From an uncultured delta proteobacterium (GTDB lineage Bacteria > Myxococcota_A > Polyangia > Fen-1088): 64,000 nt of DNA. The notes under the pieces were generated by a model. The model searched no databases, had not been told where the DNA came from, and was given only the letters and a program-made list of their open reading frames with translations. The position numbers were made by a program, and so were the translations under genes. Positions 9,666 through 24,438 of this stretch are shown here, piece after piece; position 1 is the first letter of the stretch; every line of letters starts with the position of its first letter. The stretch is from NCBI GenBank assembly GCA_963767925.1, contig CAVYGB010000009.1:192001-256000 (forward strand), read 5' to 3'.

Positions 9666-10694
9666 TCAGCCGCGCCGGGGGGGGCCCGGCGCGCGGGACG
9701 ACTCGGGGTGCACCTGGTGGCGGTTGCGTCCCTCGCGCTTGGCCACGTAGAGCGCCTCGTCGGCCATGGCGATGAGGCGGGCGCCGACCGCGCTCGGGTC
9801 GGGGACCAGGGTGGCCACCCCCTGGCTGATGGTGACGAGCGGTCCGGCCTCGGGGTGGCCGTGGGGCAGGGCCAGCTCGGCCAGCTTGTCGCGGATGCGG
9901 ACGGCCACGTGGGCGCTGCCGTCCACCGGCGTGTCGGGCAGCAGGGCCACGAACTCCTCACCTCCGTAACGGGCGGCCAGGTCGGCGGTGCGGGAGAGCG
10001 CCTGCCGGAGGCAGGAGGCCACCTGGCTCAGGCACGCGTCGCCCTTGAGGTGGCCCTGGGCGTCGTTGAACTTTTTGAAGTGGTCGACGTCCATCAGGAC
10101 CATCGACAGCGGGGCGCCGGTGCGGCAGGCGCGTGCCCACTCGCTGGCCAGCACCTCGTCGAAGTGGCGCCGGTTGGCCAGCCCGGTCAGCCCGTCCTGG
10201 TTGGACAGGCGCTCGAGGGCGGCGTTGCTCTCCTCGAGCCGCTTGCGCAGGTCGTCGAGGGCCCGGTAGGCCTCGTCCCGCTCGCGCTGGAGCAGGTAGG
10301 TGCGGGAGTGGGCCCGGATGCGCGCGGTCAGCTCGATCTTGTCGGGGATCTTGACCAGGTAGTCGGTGGCGCCCTCGCCGAAGGCCCGGCTCTTTTCCAG
10401 CGGTTGCTCCCTGGACGACAGCACGATGACCGGGATGTCGGAGATCTGGGGCTGCCCGCGGTACACCCGGAGCAACTCGAGGCCGTCCACCCCCGGCATC
10501 ATCAGATCCTGGAGGATGACGGTGGCGCCCACCGAGCGGATGAGGTCCACCGATCTGGCCGGGTCGGAGCAGTAGTGAAAGCTCATGTCGGTCTGGTCGG
10601 CCAGCATGTAGCGCAGCGTCTCTCCGACGATGGCCTGGTCGTCGATCATCACGACGACGATCTTGCGCGGCGGCATCGCCTCCGGGCGGGGCAT
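9666..10694 (-). CDS. wspR: WspR-like response regulator diguanylate cyclase (REC-GGDEF)
   Basis: IDDQAIVGE, FHYCSDP, VILQDLMMPGVDG, DYLVKIPDKIELTARIRAHS; RTAD I-site and GGEEF. Confidence 0.8.
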   Translation of the reverse strand: MPRPEAMPPRKIVVVMIDDQAIVGETLRYMLADQTDMSFHYCSDPARSVDLIRSVGATVILQDLMMPGVDGLELLRVYRGQPQISDIPVIVLSSREQPLEKSRAFGEGATDYLVKIPDKIELTARIRAHSRTYLLQRERDEAYRALDDLRKRLEESNAALERLSNQDGLTGLANRRHFDEVLASEWARACRTGAPLSMVLMDVDHFKKFNDAQGHLKGDACLSQVASCLRQALSRTADLAARYGGEEFVALLPDTPVDGSAHVAVRIRDKLAELALPHGHPEAGPLVTISQGVATLVPDPSAVGARLIAMADEALYVAKREGRNRHQVHPESSRAPGPPRRG

Positions 10695-10805
10695 CGCTGC
10701 AGGCTTCGACGGCCCGCGCCCGATCCTTGAGGGGCTGCTCGCCCCGCGCTCAAGCCGGGGATCGATTCCACCGACCGAGTCAGCGTCAAAAGCACCGAGG
10801 CCCAC

Positions 10806-11291
10806 TTGGCAACGCTGGCACCGCCCGAACCAGGCTCTACTCGATTTCTCATCGTCCGGGCTGCGGACCGGCTGTGTGGGCTACCGCTGGCCAGCGTCGT
10901 GGAGATCATGCGCCCCCTGCCGCTGCAGGAGCTGGCGGGGCTGCCGGCCTACCTGTGTGGCCTGGCGGTGGTGCGGGGCGAGCCGACCCCGGTTGTCGAT
11001 GTGTCGACCCTGCTCACCGGCGTCGCCGACGGCCGCATCGGCCTCTTTCTCAGCATGCGTTCGGAGGGCCGCCCGTTCGCCCTGGGGGTCGAGGCGGTGC
11101 TGGGCATGCGGGCGGTCGAGCAGGCCAGCCTGCGCGCCTTGCCCGAGCTGCTGGAGCCGGCCCGCGACCTGGTCGACAGCGTCGGCGCGGTGGGGGCCGA
11201 GCTGCTGACCGTCCTCCGCTCGAGCCGGGCCTTCGCCGACGATGTGTGGGCGGGGGTGGAGCGGGCGGCACAACGCTCGGCGGGGCCATGA
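10806..11291 (+). CDS. cheW: CheW-family coupling protein
   Basis: GLPLASVVEIMRPLP, GLAVVRGEPTPVVD; overlaps cheR start. Confidence 0.8.
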   Translation: MATLAPPEPGSTRFLIVRAADRLCGLPLASVVEIMRPLPLQELAGLPAYLCGLAVVRGEPTPVVDVSTLLTGVADGRIGLFLSMRSEGRPFALGVEAVLGMRAVEQASLRALPELLEPARDLVDSVGAVGAELLTVLRSSRAFADDVWAGVERAAQRSAGP

Positions 11292-12847
11292 CCGACGCCG
11301 ACCGCGCAGCGCTGGAGCGGTTCCGGTCGTTCGTCGCCGAACGGATGGGCTGGGAGATCCCCGACGAGAAGCTGCCCGAGCTGCACGAGCTGCTGCGCGC
11401 CCGCATGGCGGCCACCCGGGCCGACGGCTTCGAGAGCTACCTGCGCCGCCTGGTCGCCCCCGACACCACCGCCGACGAGATCCGGGAGGTGGCCCGGTTG
11501 CTCACCGTGGGGGAGAGCTACTTCTTCCGCAACCTGCACCACTTCCAGGCGCTGCTCGAGGTGGTGCTGCCCGCCCGGGCCGCGGTCCGCCCCCGCACCC
11601 GGGGGCTGACCGTGCTGTCGGCGGGGTGCTCGTCGGGGGAAGAGGCCTACACCATCGCCATGTTGCTGCGCGAGCACCCGGCCTTGACCGGGCACCTGCC
11701 CCCGCCGGCCATCACCGGCATCGACGTGAACCCGACCGTGCTCGACAAGGCCCGGCGCGGCCGCTACACGGAGTGGTCGTTGCGGGCCACCCCGCCCGCC
11801 GCCCGGCAGCGCTGGTTCCGCCGGGAAGGCGGCGAGCTGGCCCTCGACGACAGCCTCCGCAGCATGGTGCGCTTCGAGCTCGGCAACCTGGCCGACAACG
11901 CCACCGGTCCGGCGGCGCCAGCCAGCCTGGACATCATCTTCTGTCGCAACGTCTTCATCTACTTCTCGCGCGAGACCATCCGCAACGCGGTGGACTGCTT
12001 CGCCCGGGCCCTGGAGCCGGGGGGGTACCTCTTTCTCGGCGAGGCCGAGTCGCTGCGCGGGATCTCCACCGCCTTCGAGCTGTGCCACACCCACGAGACC
12101 TTCTATTACCGCCTGCGCGGCAAGCCCGAGCGCCGGGGCGCCGCTCCGCCGCCGGTCACGCCGGCGCCCGAGTGGCTGGCCCGCCCGCAGCCGGCGGCGC
12201 CCGCCGCCGCCGAGGTCCCCGGCAACGAGGCCTGGATGGACGCCATCGGCAAGGCCTCCCGCCGGGTGGCCTCGCTGAGCAAGGGGGCGGCGCGCGCGCG
12301 GGCGGGTGAGCCGGCGGCGCCGCGCGCGCGTGCTCGCCCGGCGGCCTGGGACCTGCAACCCATCCGGGCCCTCGTCGAGCAGGAGCGGGAGGCGGAGGCC
12401 CTGGCCGCGGTGGCGGCCTTGCCGAAGGAGGCCCAGGCCGATCCCGAGGTGAAGCTGCTGGCGGCCGCGCTGCAGACGAACCGGGGCGATCTGGCGGCGG
12501 CCGAGCGCACCTGCCGCGAGCTGCTGGCCCTCGACGAGTTCAACGCCGGGGCCCACTACCTGCTGGCGGTCGGCTGCGAGCAGCGGGCCGCGCTGGCCCA
12601 GGCCCTCGAGCACGACCGCATCGCCACCTACCTCGACCCGGCCTTCGCCATGCCCCGCCTGCAGATGGGGCGGCTGGCCCGCCGGTCGGGCGATCTGGCG
12701 GTGGCCCGGCGCGAGCTGCTCCGCGCGCTGGAGCTGCTCGAGGCCGAGGACGCCAGCCGCCTGGCCCTGTTCGCGGGCGGGTTCTCCCGGGAGGGGCTGC
12801 GCCAGATCTGCCGCACCGAGATCGGCGCCTGCGGAGGTGCCCCCTGA
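11288..12847 (+). CDS. cheR: CheR methyltransferase with C-terminal TPR (WspC-like)
   Basis: LTVGESYFFR, SAGCSSGEEAYTIAM, DIIFCRNVFIYF, LEPGGYLFLG; TPR tail with YLDPAFAMP. Confidence 0.9.
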   Translation: MTDADRAALERFRSFVAERMGWEIPDEKLPELHELLRARMAATRADGFESYLRRLVAPDTTADEIREVARLLTVGESYFFRNLHHFQALLEVVLPARAAVRPRTRGLTVLSAGCSSGEEAYTIAMLLREHPALTGHLPPPAITGIDVNPTVLDKARRGRYTEWSLRATPPAARQRWFRREGGELALDDSLRSMVRFELGNLADNATGPAAPASLDIIFCRNVFIYFSRETIRNAVDCFARALEPGGYLFLGEAESLRGISTAFELCHTHETFYYRLRGKPERRGAAPPPVTPAPEWLARPQPAAPAAAEVPGNEAWMDAIGKASRRVASLSKGAARARAGEPAAPRARARPAAWDLQPIRALVEQEREAEALAAVAALPKEAQADPEVKLLAAALQTNRGDLAAAERTCRELLALDEFNAGAHYLLAVGCEQRAALAQALEHDRIATYLDPAFAMPRLQMGRLARRSGDLAVARRELLRALELLEAEDASRLALFAGGFSREGLRQICRTEIGACGGAP

Positions 12848-12876
12848 GCGCAGGCGAGCCGCGCGCCGCCGCCGGC

Positions 12877-13371
12877 GTGCTGGCCCTGCGGCGGGCCTTC
12901 GACGAGGGCTTCTCCGCCCCGGCCACGGCGGGGACGGCGCTGCAGGTGGACATGCTGGCCATCGGGGTGGCCGAGCAGAACCTCATCGTGCGGCTCGACG
13001 AGGTCGGGCGCATCGCCCGCCTGCGCAAGCGGGTCCCGGTGCCGGGGGCGCGCCCGCAGCTCCTGGGCCTGGTGGCGATCCAGGATCGCCTGCTCGCGCT
13101 GTTCAGCCTGGCCGCCCTGCTGGGGCAGCGGGGCAGCGAGGCCGAGCCCTGGCTGCTGCTGCCGGCGGGCGACCAGCCGGTGGCCCTGGCCTTCGATCGC
13201 TTCGACGGCCTGGTCCGGGTCGGGCAGGCCGCCCTGGCCCGGGGCGACGGGGCGGAGGGCGACCGGTCGCTGGCTGGCGGGCTGGTGCGGGTGGGTGACC
13301 TGGTGCGGGGGGTGCTCGATCTGCGGGCGGTGCTCGAGGAGATCGGGCGGTCGTCCGGCGGGGCGGGGTGA
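12877..13371 (+). CDS. cheW: Second CheW-family protein
   Basis: [29 protein letters not shown]; operon position; start uncertain. Confidence 0.75.
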   Translation: MLALRRAFDEGFSAPATAGTALQVDMLAIGVAEQNLIVRLDEVGRIARLRKRVPVPGARPQLLGLVAIQDRLLALFSLAALLGQRGSEAEPWLLLPAGDQPVALAFDRFDGLVRVGQAALARGDGAEGDRSLAGGLVRVGDLVRGVLDLRAVLEEIGRSSGGAG

Positions 13372-13388
13372 GGAAAAGGAGCCAAGGC

Positions 13389-14855
13389 ATGGACGGGTCG
13401 TGGTCGGTAGGAAGAAAGATCACCGGGAGCTTCGCGGTGGTGCTGGCGCTGGGGGCGTTCGTCGGGGCGGTGGCCATCGTGGCCACCGGATCGATCGTGT
13501 CCCACCAGGACCGCACCGCGCGCGAGCAGCAGGCGATGGTGGAAACCGTCCGCTTCGAGGCCCTGGTCCAGGCCAAGGTGTCCGAGGGGCGGGGGTACAT
13601 GCTGATCGGTGACCCGGCCATGTTGACCCGGCTGCAGGCCTACGAGGACCAGGGCAGCCGCCTGCTGACCGAGCTGCGCACGGGGGCTGACGATCCGGAG
13701 CTGCACCGGCTGATCGACGCCGTCGACCAGATGGACAAGGATCACACCGCCTTCACCTCCCGCTTGCTGGAGGCGCACAAGGTGGCCGGCGGCTCGGTGG
13801 CGGCGGTGCGGGAGCTGCTGCGCGAAAAGGCGCTCCGGGTCGAGCGGCTGACCGCCGCGATCCGCGCGGTGGTCGAGCAGGAGGAGCGCACCCTGGCCAG
13901 CGAGGAGAAGGCCAACGCCGCCAGCGTGTCGAGCTGGCGCACGGTGTTGCTGGTGTCCACCTGTGCCGCCATCCTGCTCGGCATCGCGCTGGCGAGCGTG
14001 CTCCGGCGCAGCCTGATCCGGGAGCTGGGGGTTGCCGTGCAGAACGTGCGCAACTCGTCGACCGAGCTGCAGGCCGCCGCCAACCAGCAGGCCACCGCCT
14101 CCAAGCAGCAGGCGGCGGCGACCAACGAGACCACCACCACCTTGCGCGAGCTGTCGGCGACCGCCCGCCAGATCGCGGAGAGCGCGCAGCGGGTGTCGGA
14201 GATCGCCGGGCAGACCACCGACGCCGCCCAGGAGGGGGATCGCACCATCCAGCGGGCCCAGGACGCGCTCGGCAGCATCAAGCGGCAGGTCGACCAGATC
14301 GTGAGCCACATGCTCGACCTCGGCAAGAAGTCGCAGCAGGTGGGGGGCATCCTCGACGTCATCAACGAGCTGGCCGAGCAGACGAACATCCTCGCCATCA
14401 ACGCCACCATCGAGGCGGCGGGGGCGGGCGACTCGGGGCGCCGGTTCGCGGTGGTGGCCGACGAGATCCGCAAGCTGGCCGACCGGGTGGGCGGCTCGAC
14501 CAAGGACATCCGGGTGCTGATCGACGAGGTGCGCACCGCCGTCAACACGACCGTGATGGCCACCGAGCAGGGGACCAAGGCGGTGGACTCGGGCATGCGC
14601 CAGGTGGGCGACGTGGCCGCCGCCTTCGGGCGCATCGCCGGCATGGTCGGGACGACGACCGAGGCGGCCAGGGAGATCGAGCTGTCGACAAAGCAGCAGA
14701 CGACCGCGGTCGACCAGGTCAACACCGCCATGGTCAACGTCTCGCAGGCGGCCAAGGAGACCGAGGCCTCGGCCAGCCAGACCCTGGCCACCGCCTCGCA
14801 GCTCGCCGGGCTGTCACGGGATCTGAACCGCCTGGTCCAGACCACGGCGGCCTAG
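13389..14855 (+). CDS. Methyl-accepting chemotaxis protein, two TM segments, CHASE3-like periplasmic domain
   Basis: [56 protein letters not shown] before ATG 13389. Confidence 0.9.
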   Translation: MDGSWSVGRKITGSFAVVLALGAFVGAVAIVATGSIVSHQDRTAREQQAMVETVRFEALVQAKVSEGRGYMLIGDPAMLTRLQAYEDQGSRLLTELRTGADDPELHRLIDAVDQMDKDHTAFTSRLLEAHKVAGGSVAAVRELLREKALRVERLTAAIRAVVEQEERTLASEEKANAASVSSWRTVLLVSTCAAILLGIALASVLRRSLIRELGVAVQNVRNSSTELQAAANQQATASKQQAAATNETTTTLRELSATARQIAESAQRVSEIAGQTTDAAQEGDRTIQRAQDALGSIKRQVDQIVSHMLDLGKKSQQVGGILDVINELAEQTNILAINATIEAAGAGDSGRRFAVVADEIRKLADRVGGSTKDIRVLIDEVRTAVNTTVMATEQGTKAVDSGMRQVGDVAAAFGRIAGMVGTTTEAAREIELSTKQQTTAVDQVNTAMVNVSQAAKETEASASQTLATASQLAGLSRDLNRLVQTTAA

Positions 14856-14870
14856 CCGGTCCGGCCACCG

Positions 14871-17087
14871 ATGGGCAAGGACCCGTACAAGTACTTCCGG
14901 ATCGAAGCGCGCGAGCTGCTGGAGGGGCTCACCCAGGGCGTGCTGGCGCTGCAGGAGCGTCCGGGCGACAAGGAGCCGCTCGCCAGCCTGCTGCGGCTGG
15001 CCCACACCCTCAAGGGGGCCTCCCGGGTGGTCAAGCTGACCGCGATCGGGTCGGCCGCCCACGACATGGAGGAGCGGCTGGCTCCCCACCGCGCGGCCGG
15101 CGACGCCGTGCCGATGGCCACCACCCAGGAGCTGTTTCGCCTGATCGACGCCATCACCGGCGAGGTGAACGTCATCGCCGCCCCCGGGGCCGAGGCGCCC
15201 GCGCCGGCCGCCAGGGCGCCGGTCGCGGCGGGCAAGGGGCCAGCGGCCGGGGCCGCCGCGTCCGGGCCCAGCGCGGCGACCGACGCGGTGGCGGCTGGGG
15301 CGGCGCCCCGGTCCCTCCCGTCGGTCACGACCAAGATGACGGTTCCCGAGCGGCCGGCGGCGCCCGCCCCGACGCCCCCGCCTGCCGCGCCCGCCCCGGC
15401 CGCGCCTCTGCAGATCGCCGACACGGTCCGGGTCGAGATCGCCGACGTGGACGCGATCCTCAGCAGCCTCTCGGAGGCCACCGCCCAGGTGTCGGCCCTG
15501 CGCCAGGGGGCGCTGGCGGGCAAGCGGGTGCGCGACCTGGTCAACGCCCTCGGGCTGGCCCTGGGCCGGGCGCCGCCGGGCGCGCTCGAAAGCGTGCGGG
15601 GGCTGCTCGGCGATCTCACCGCCGCCTCGACTCAGAGCGAGCGGCCGCTGGCCGCGGGGGTCGACCGCCTCGACCGCGAGCTGGGTCAGGTGCGCGACAA
15701 GGTCAGCCAGCTCCGGCTGTTGCCCGCCCAGACCATCTTCGCCCCGCTGATCCGGGCGGCCAACGACGCCGCCGATTCGCTGGGCAAGCGGATCGAGGTC
15801 AGCAGCGCGGGCGGGGAGGCCCGGCTGGAGGCCCACGTCCTGTCGCGGGTGCGGGCGGCGCTGCTGCACATGGTGCGCAACGCCGTGGCCCACGGCATCG
15901 AGCCGGCGGCGGCCCGCCTGGCCGCCGGCAAGCCCGCCGCCGGCCGGGTCGAGATCCGGGCCCAGCGCCGGGGCAACGAGGTCACCTTCGTCTGCCTCGA
16001 CGACGGCCGGGGCATCGACTGGGAGGCCGTGCGCCGGACCGCCGTCGAGCGCGGCCTCTGCCCGCCCGAGCAGGTGGGGACCCTCGACACCCGGCGGTTG
16101 ACCCAGGTGCTGCTGGGCGGGGGGGTCAGCACCACCCGGGTCGTCGACGAGGTCTCGGGCCGCGGCGTTGGCCTCAACGTCGTCGACGAGGTGGTACGCG
16201 AGCTGCGCGGGACCTTCGTCCTCGAGAGCACCCCGGGGGCCGGCGCCCGCTTCGCCCTCACCATCCCCATCTCCATGTCGGCGCTGACCGCCATCGCCCT
16301 CGAGGTGGGCGGGCACCGGGTCTGGCTGCCGCTCGAGGCGGTTGGCCACACCGTGCGCGTGCCGGCCGACCAGATCGTCCGCTCGAGCGACGGGGAGACC
16401 ATCTTGTACGAGGAGCAGGCCATCCCCTTCGCCGCCCTCGACCGGGTGCTGAACCTCCCCTCCCCGACCGGGGCGGCCAGCTATTCGGCCGCCCTCATCG
16501 AGGTGGACGGCCGCTGCGCCGCGGTCGGCGCCGAGCGGCTGGGCGAGGTGGCTACCATCGTGGTGCGGCCCATCCCTCCGGTGGCCGGCGCCCCCGCCCT
16601 GGTGGGCGGCGCGACCCTCGACGCCGAGGGCAACCCGGTGCTGGTGCTCAGCCCGGCCGGCCTGGTCGAGGCGGTGACCGCCGCCCGGGCCCGCCGGGAG
16701 GAGGCGCCCCGCAAGGTGGAGAAGCAGCCCATCCTGGTCATCGACGACTCGCTCACGACCCGCATGCTCGAGCAGAGCATCCTCGAGGCCGCCGGCTACG
16801 AGGTCGACACCGCGGTCTCCGCCGAGGACGGGCTCAAGAAGGCCAACGAGCGGCGCTACGGCCTGTTCCTCGTCGACGTCGAGATGCCCGGCATGAACGG
16901 CTTCGAGTTCGTGGCCCACACGAGGGCCCAGCCTGCGTTTCGTGACATCCCCGCCATCCTCGTGACGTCGCTGTCGTCGGCGGAGCACCGGCGGCGGGGC
17001 GCCGAGGTGGGCGCCTATGCCTACATGGTGAAGGGGGAATACGACGAGGGGAGGCTGCGGCAGCTCATCCGCAGCGTGATCGGGTGA
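14871..17087 (+). CDS. cheA: Hybrid CheA kinase with C-terminal receiver (WspE/FrzE-like)
   Basis: AHTLKGAS Hpt; HMVRNAVAHGIE, DDGRGID, SGRGVGL; CheW domain; IDDSLTTRMLEQSILEAAGY receiver. Confidence 0.9.
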   Translation: MGKDPYKYFRIEARELLEGLTQGVLALQERPGDKEPLASLLRLAHTLKGASRVVKLTAIGSAAHDMEERLAPHRAAGDAVPMATTQELFRLIDAITGEVNVIAAPGAEAPAPAARAPVAAGKGPAAGAAASGPSAATDAVAAGAAPRSLPSVTTKMTVPERPAAPAPTPPPAAPAPAAPLQIADTVRVEIADVDAILSSLSEATAQVSALRQGALAGKRVRDLVNALGLALGRAPPGALESVRGLLGDLTAASTQSERPLAAGVDRLDRELGQVRDKVSQLRLLPAQTIFAPLIRAANDAADSLGKRIEVSSAGGEARLEAHVLSRVRAALLHMVRNAVAHGIEPAAARLAAGKPAAGRVEIRAQRRGNEVTFVCLDDGRGIDWEAVRRTAVERGLCPPEQVGTLDTRRLTQVLLGGGVSTTRVVDEVSGRGVGLNVVDEVVRELRGTFVLESTPGAGARFALTIPISMSALTAIALEVGGHRVWLPLEAVGHTVRVPADQIVRSSDGETILYEEQAIPFAALDRVLNLPSPTGAASYSAALIEVDGRCAAVGAERLGEVATIVVRPIPPVAGAPALVGGATLDAEGNPVLVLSPAGLVEAVTAARARREEAPRKVEKQPILVIDDSLTTRMLEQSILEAAGYEVDTAVSAEDGLKKANERRYGLFLVDVEMPGMNGFEFVAHTRAQPAFRDIPAILVTSLSSAEHRRRGAEVGAYAYMVKGEYDEGRLRQLIRSVIG

Positions 17088-18189
17088 GCGCGGCCAAGAT
17101 CCGGGTCCTGGTGGCGGAGGACTCCCTCACCATCCGCAAGCGGCTGTGTGAGGTGCTGTCCTCCGATCCCGCCCTCGAGGTGGTGGGCGAGGCGGCCGAC
17201 GGGGCCCAGGCGGTGCACCTGTGCCGCACGTTGCGCCCGAGCATCATGACCCTGGACATGATGATGCCGAAGATGAACGGCCTCGCCGTCACCGAGGAGG
17301 TGATGGCCTACGCCCCCACGCCGATCCTCATCGTGTCGGCCTCCGCCAACCGGGGCGAGCTGTTCACCACCTTCGAGGCGCTGGCCGCCGGCGCCGTCGA
17401 CGTGCTCGACAAGCCGAGCGGCGACGAGGCGGCCGAGGCCTGGGAGCGCAAGCTCATCGCCCGGGTCAAGCTCGTCTCCCGCATCAAGGTGATCACCCAC
17501 CCCCGGGGCAAGCTGCAGCCGCGTGAGCCGCAGGCGCCGGCGGTCAGCAGCAGCAGCGCCAGCCTGCCGATCGCCGGCGGGGTGACCTTTGAGTCGATCT
17601 CCGGGGGTCCGCGCCCCCGCCTGGTGGCGATCGGCGCCTCGACCGGCGGCCCCAGCGCCATAACCACCGTGCTGCGCCAGCTCCCCGCCAGCTACCCGCT
17701 GCCGATCCTGTTCGTGATCCACATCGGCCAGCCGTTCGGGCAGTCCTTCGCCGAATGGCTCGACAGCCAGTCGCCCATCCGCGTCCGCATGGCGACCGAC
17801 CGCCAGCCCTTGCCCCAGCCGGGCCAGCCCATCGTCCTGGTGGCGCCCCCCGACAAGCACCTGACCGTCGAGCGGGGCTACCTCCGGGTGCAGGGGGGGC
17901 CGGAGCGCCACTCCTGCCGCCCCTCGGTCGACGTGATGTTCGAGTCGCTGGCCCGGGAGATGGGGCGCGACGTGGTGGCCGGTCTGCTGACCGGCATGGG
18001 GCGCGACGGCGCCGACGGGCTGCTGGCCCTGCGCAAGGCGGGGGCCCTCACCCTGGCCCAGAACGAGGAGACCTCGGTGGTGTGGGGCATGCCGCGCGAG
18101 GCGATCGAGCTCGGCGCCGCCCGCTACGTCGTGGGGCTGGACGAGCTGGCGGCCAAGCTGGTGCAGATCGCCAACGGGAGCCCGCTGCC

Positions 18190-18193
<4 letters not shown>
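17084..18193 (+). CDS. cheB: CheB methylesterase response regulator
   Basis: REC plus [30 protein letters not shown]. Confidence 0.92.
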
Positions 18194-21669
<3,476 letters not shown>

Positions 21670-21859
21670 CTCCGAGCGCGCCTGGCGCGGGTCGCATCAT
21701 CCCGGCACCGCCCGCAGGGACCCGGCAGGCACGACCTGGCTGTCGTGCTTCGGTTGCTGACGCAAGCCAACAGCCGGCGCGTTCGGCGGCCTACCGGCTG
21801 GATCCTCTCTTGCTGATCAGCTGATCACCTCGCAGTGACCAGTCCGTCATCGGGATGCC

Positions 21860-22440
21860 CTTGGGTGTCAGCGGCGGTGGGCACCGACACAACCGCAGGT
21901 GGGATCGCCAGACGCGGACGCGGGCGATGCAGGAGAAGACGCCTCGCCGGATCTCTTCCCGGCGGATCGAGCATCGGAAGACGTGAATCCAGGCCCGGAT
22001 GAACGCCAAGCGGATGCTGGAGACGATGATGGTCTGAGCCTGCAACAATGCGCCCCTTTCACAGAGGCCCGGCCGGCTGCGTTCGCTCATCATCCCCACA
22101 ACGCCCTGACCATGGAAGGCGGTTGGGCCCCCCAGGATTTCTCCGGCCCCGGACGGGTCACGGTCATCAACCGCTCCGACAGAATTGACTTCATCGGGTC
22201 GAATTGATGACCTCAGGTGCCTGTCCTGACCTTCCTGACAAAAAACCGTACCTGTACATTCTTCGGCCGAACGTCGATTGGGGCCTCCAGCTGGGCGATG
22301 AAGTGAAGGTTAGCCTGATAGGGAACGGTGTCTTTACCGACCTTTGGCGGGCAGGCATGAATGGAGCCGTCGTCTTTGATGAAGGAGGAAACCTCACCGA
22401 AGAGACAAAACTCCTCCGGAACCATCCGTCGCCAAGCTGA
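21860..22440 (+). pseudogene. Disrupted hypothetical lipoprotein in lower-GC segment
   Basis: ALGC lipobox-like motif in frame upstream of ORF 21899, DAG-rich stalk; split over ORFs 21899-22207 and 22204-22440. Confidence 0.3.
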
Positions 22441-22448
22441 AGTGCTCG

Positions 22449-22770
22449 ATGAAAAGACCCGCGCTACGACGTACACGGTCCTTGCCTGCCAGCGGAGCGG
22501 CGTCGGCCTCGCTGGCTGGACGCCGGACGCCGGTCGGTTCGAGTATCCCGGCCGAGGCCCTTCCGGCCGCGCTTCGCGACCTTTTCTGGAGTTACGACTT
22601 CGCGCAGTTGCGGCTTCCGGACGATCTCGACCTCGTCATGCTCCACGTCCTCAACTACGGGAAGCCCTCCCATCGTCGGTGGCTAGAGCAGCGCTTCGGT
22701 GACGTTGGCATCCGCCGCTGGATCCTCCGGCAGCGTGGCAGAGGACTGACCGTCAAGCAGATGTCTCGGT
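22449..22770 (+). pseudogene. DUF6922-like small protein, C-terminally disrupted
   Basis: LRDLFWSYDFAQL...VMLHVLNYGKPSHRRWLEQRFG pattern; ORF then runs antisense into next gene. Confidence 0.55.
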
Positions 22771-23217
22771 CTAGTTGTCTGCGGCGGCGTCCCTGTTCCC
22801 GCCGCCGAAACAACCTCGGAGCGGAACGCCCAGGCACCGACCCTCCGCGCACCGTGCCTCGTTGTGTCCGCAGTCGAAATGTCCGGTTGTCCGCCGACAG
22901 CCAGCGCGCGAGAAGTCTTCGCGGAGGCTTCCGGCAGACGACCTGGCAAAAGCCGCTCGGTTCACTGTCGCCCTGCAGGTGTCGTCGATGTTTTCGGCCT
23001 TGTAGAGCGCTTCGCAGGTGTCGTTGTTACCCGCCATCAAGAGACAGTCCGAGTCTCTTGCGCAGGAGCGATCCATCGCGGCGACCGTTCGCCTCCATTC
23101 CGCTTCCAGGTCGGAACAATCCTGGTTCCTGCAGGAAGTCTGGCCTGCAAGCACAAGCCAAACCGTGAGGCTGGAGATCGTGGCGCGATAGGATCGTCTC
23201 ATCGATAGCCCCATCCT
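22771..23217 (-). CDS. Cys-rich hypothetical secreted/lipoprotein
   Basis: Hydrophobic N-terminus; SCARDSDC and ARCAEGRC motifs typical of myxobacterial Cys-rich proteins; start uncertain. Confidence 0.45.
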   Translation of the reverse strand, partial: RMGLSMRRSYRATISSLTVWLVLAGQTSCRNQDCSDLEAEWRRTVAAMDRSCARDSDCLLMAGNNDTCEALYKAENIDDTCRATVNRAAFARSSAGSLREDFSRAGCRRTTGHFDCGHNEARCAEGRCLGVPLRGCFGGGNRDAAADN

Positions 23218-23601
23218 GTCCTCGGGCCGCACGTTGGCTGGGTGAATCACATGACCACATCCCAGTAGATGTGCGACTGCGAATCCAAGGAGAGCGAAGC
23301 GAAGGCGCATCCAGCCCGATCCTTAGCCTGGCGGAGACTCCAGAGAGCTCGACAGCTTCGAATCTCGAATGTGCTGTTCCCGGGGCATTTCCGTGCAAGC
23401 CAGGAGTCGGTGGCGGTAGCCGGATTCCTTCAGGGTGGGCCTTCGGGTCCTGGCGATCGTGGCTCTCCCTGGAACCTCGCACGAGCCCGCAGCAGCGGGC
23501 GGGGCAGGGTGGGGGGTGGGCTTGCCCTACCCGGGGCGGGGGCTGTGCGGGTGGGGCCTTCGGTCGGGGCGGGGATCGTCCGAAAAGGGGGACGGGGCCA
23601 C

Positions 23602-24438
23602 ATGCCGGGGCAGCCATCTTCGAGCCATGCGGATGAACCGTCGGGAGTGGGCGGGCAGGGGCGGCGGCGGGCGCCCGATGAGGCCCTGCGCCTGCTGGTG
23701 CGGCACCAGTGGGTGCGCGAGCACGACACGCCCCGGGTCACGGTGCTGGCCGGGGCGCCGCGCAGCGGCCGGGCCCTGTGGGAGGAGTGGCTGGCGCTCG
23801 CCGGTCGCCCGCGTCCGGCCCACCCCGTGTTCGAGCAGCCGGCGCGGGTGGACGGGGCCTGGCTGGATCGCACGGCCCGCCGCGCGGTCGAGCTGGCGGT
23901 AGCGGCCCCCCGGGCGCCGATTGCCCTCGCCGTGGCGCCCACTCTGCTCGATGGCTGGCTGGGCACCCGGGAGGATCGCCTGGCCGCGGTTGTGCGCGAG
24001 GGGATCGTCCGCCTGCGTGGCACCACCCGCCGCACCCGACCGGTGCGGGTCGCGGCGCCCGGCGGGGACCCCCGGTTTCTCCGCAAGGCCCGCAGCCTGG
24101 GCGAGCTGACCCTGTTCGAGGCGCTGGAGGCCACCCCGGCGACCCGGGGTCGCTTCGAGCTAAACGCCCTCATCAGCGTCGACTTCGGGGGGCGCCCCGC
24201 CGAGGTCGACCTGCTGTCGCGGGCCGACGAGATCGCCATCGAGATCGACGGCTACCACCACTTCACCGACGAGCGCGGCTACCGCCGCGACCGGCGCAAG
24301 GACCTGGTGCTGCAGGCCCATGGCTACGCCGTCCTTCGCTTCCTGGCCACCGACGTCCAGAGCAACACCCGCGATGCCGTCCGCACGGTCATCGAGCTGA
24401 TCGGCCAGCGCCGCCGCCACAGGAGGATCCAACGATGA
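23602..24438 (+). CDS. DUF559 (Vsr-like PD-(D/E)xK) endonuclease domain protein with N-terminal extension
   Basis: ARSLGELTLFEAL, EVDLL, IAIEIDGYHHF, YRRDRRKDLVLQAHGYAVLRF. Confidence 0.85.
   Translation: MPGQPSSSHADEPSGVGGQGRRRAPDEALRLLVRHQWVREHDTPRVTVLAGAPRSGRALWEEWLALAGRPRPAHPVFEQPARVDGAWLDRTARRAVELAVAAPRAPIALAVAPTLLDGWLGTREDRLAAVVREGIVRLRGTTRRTRPVRVAAPGGDPRFLRKARSLGELTLFEALEATPATRGRFELNALISVDFGGRPAEVDLLSRADEIAIEIDGYHHFTDERGYRRDRRKDLVLQAHGYAVLRFLATDVQSNTRDAVRTVIELIGQRRRHRRIQR

Noticed and set aside
21670..23600. Integron cassette array
   Set aside because: Short mixed ORFs, but no convincing attC (RYYYAAC...GTTRRRY with paired arms) and no integrase
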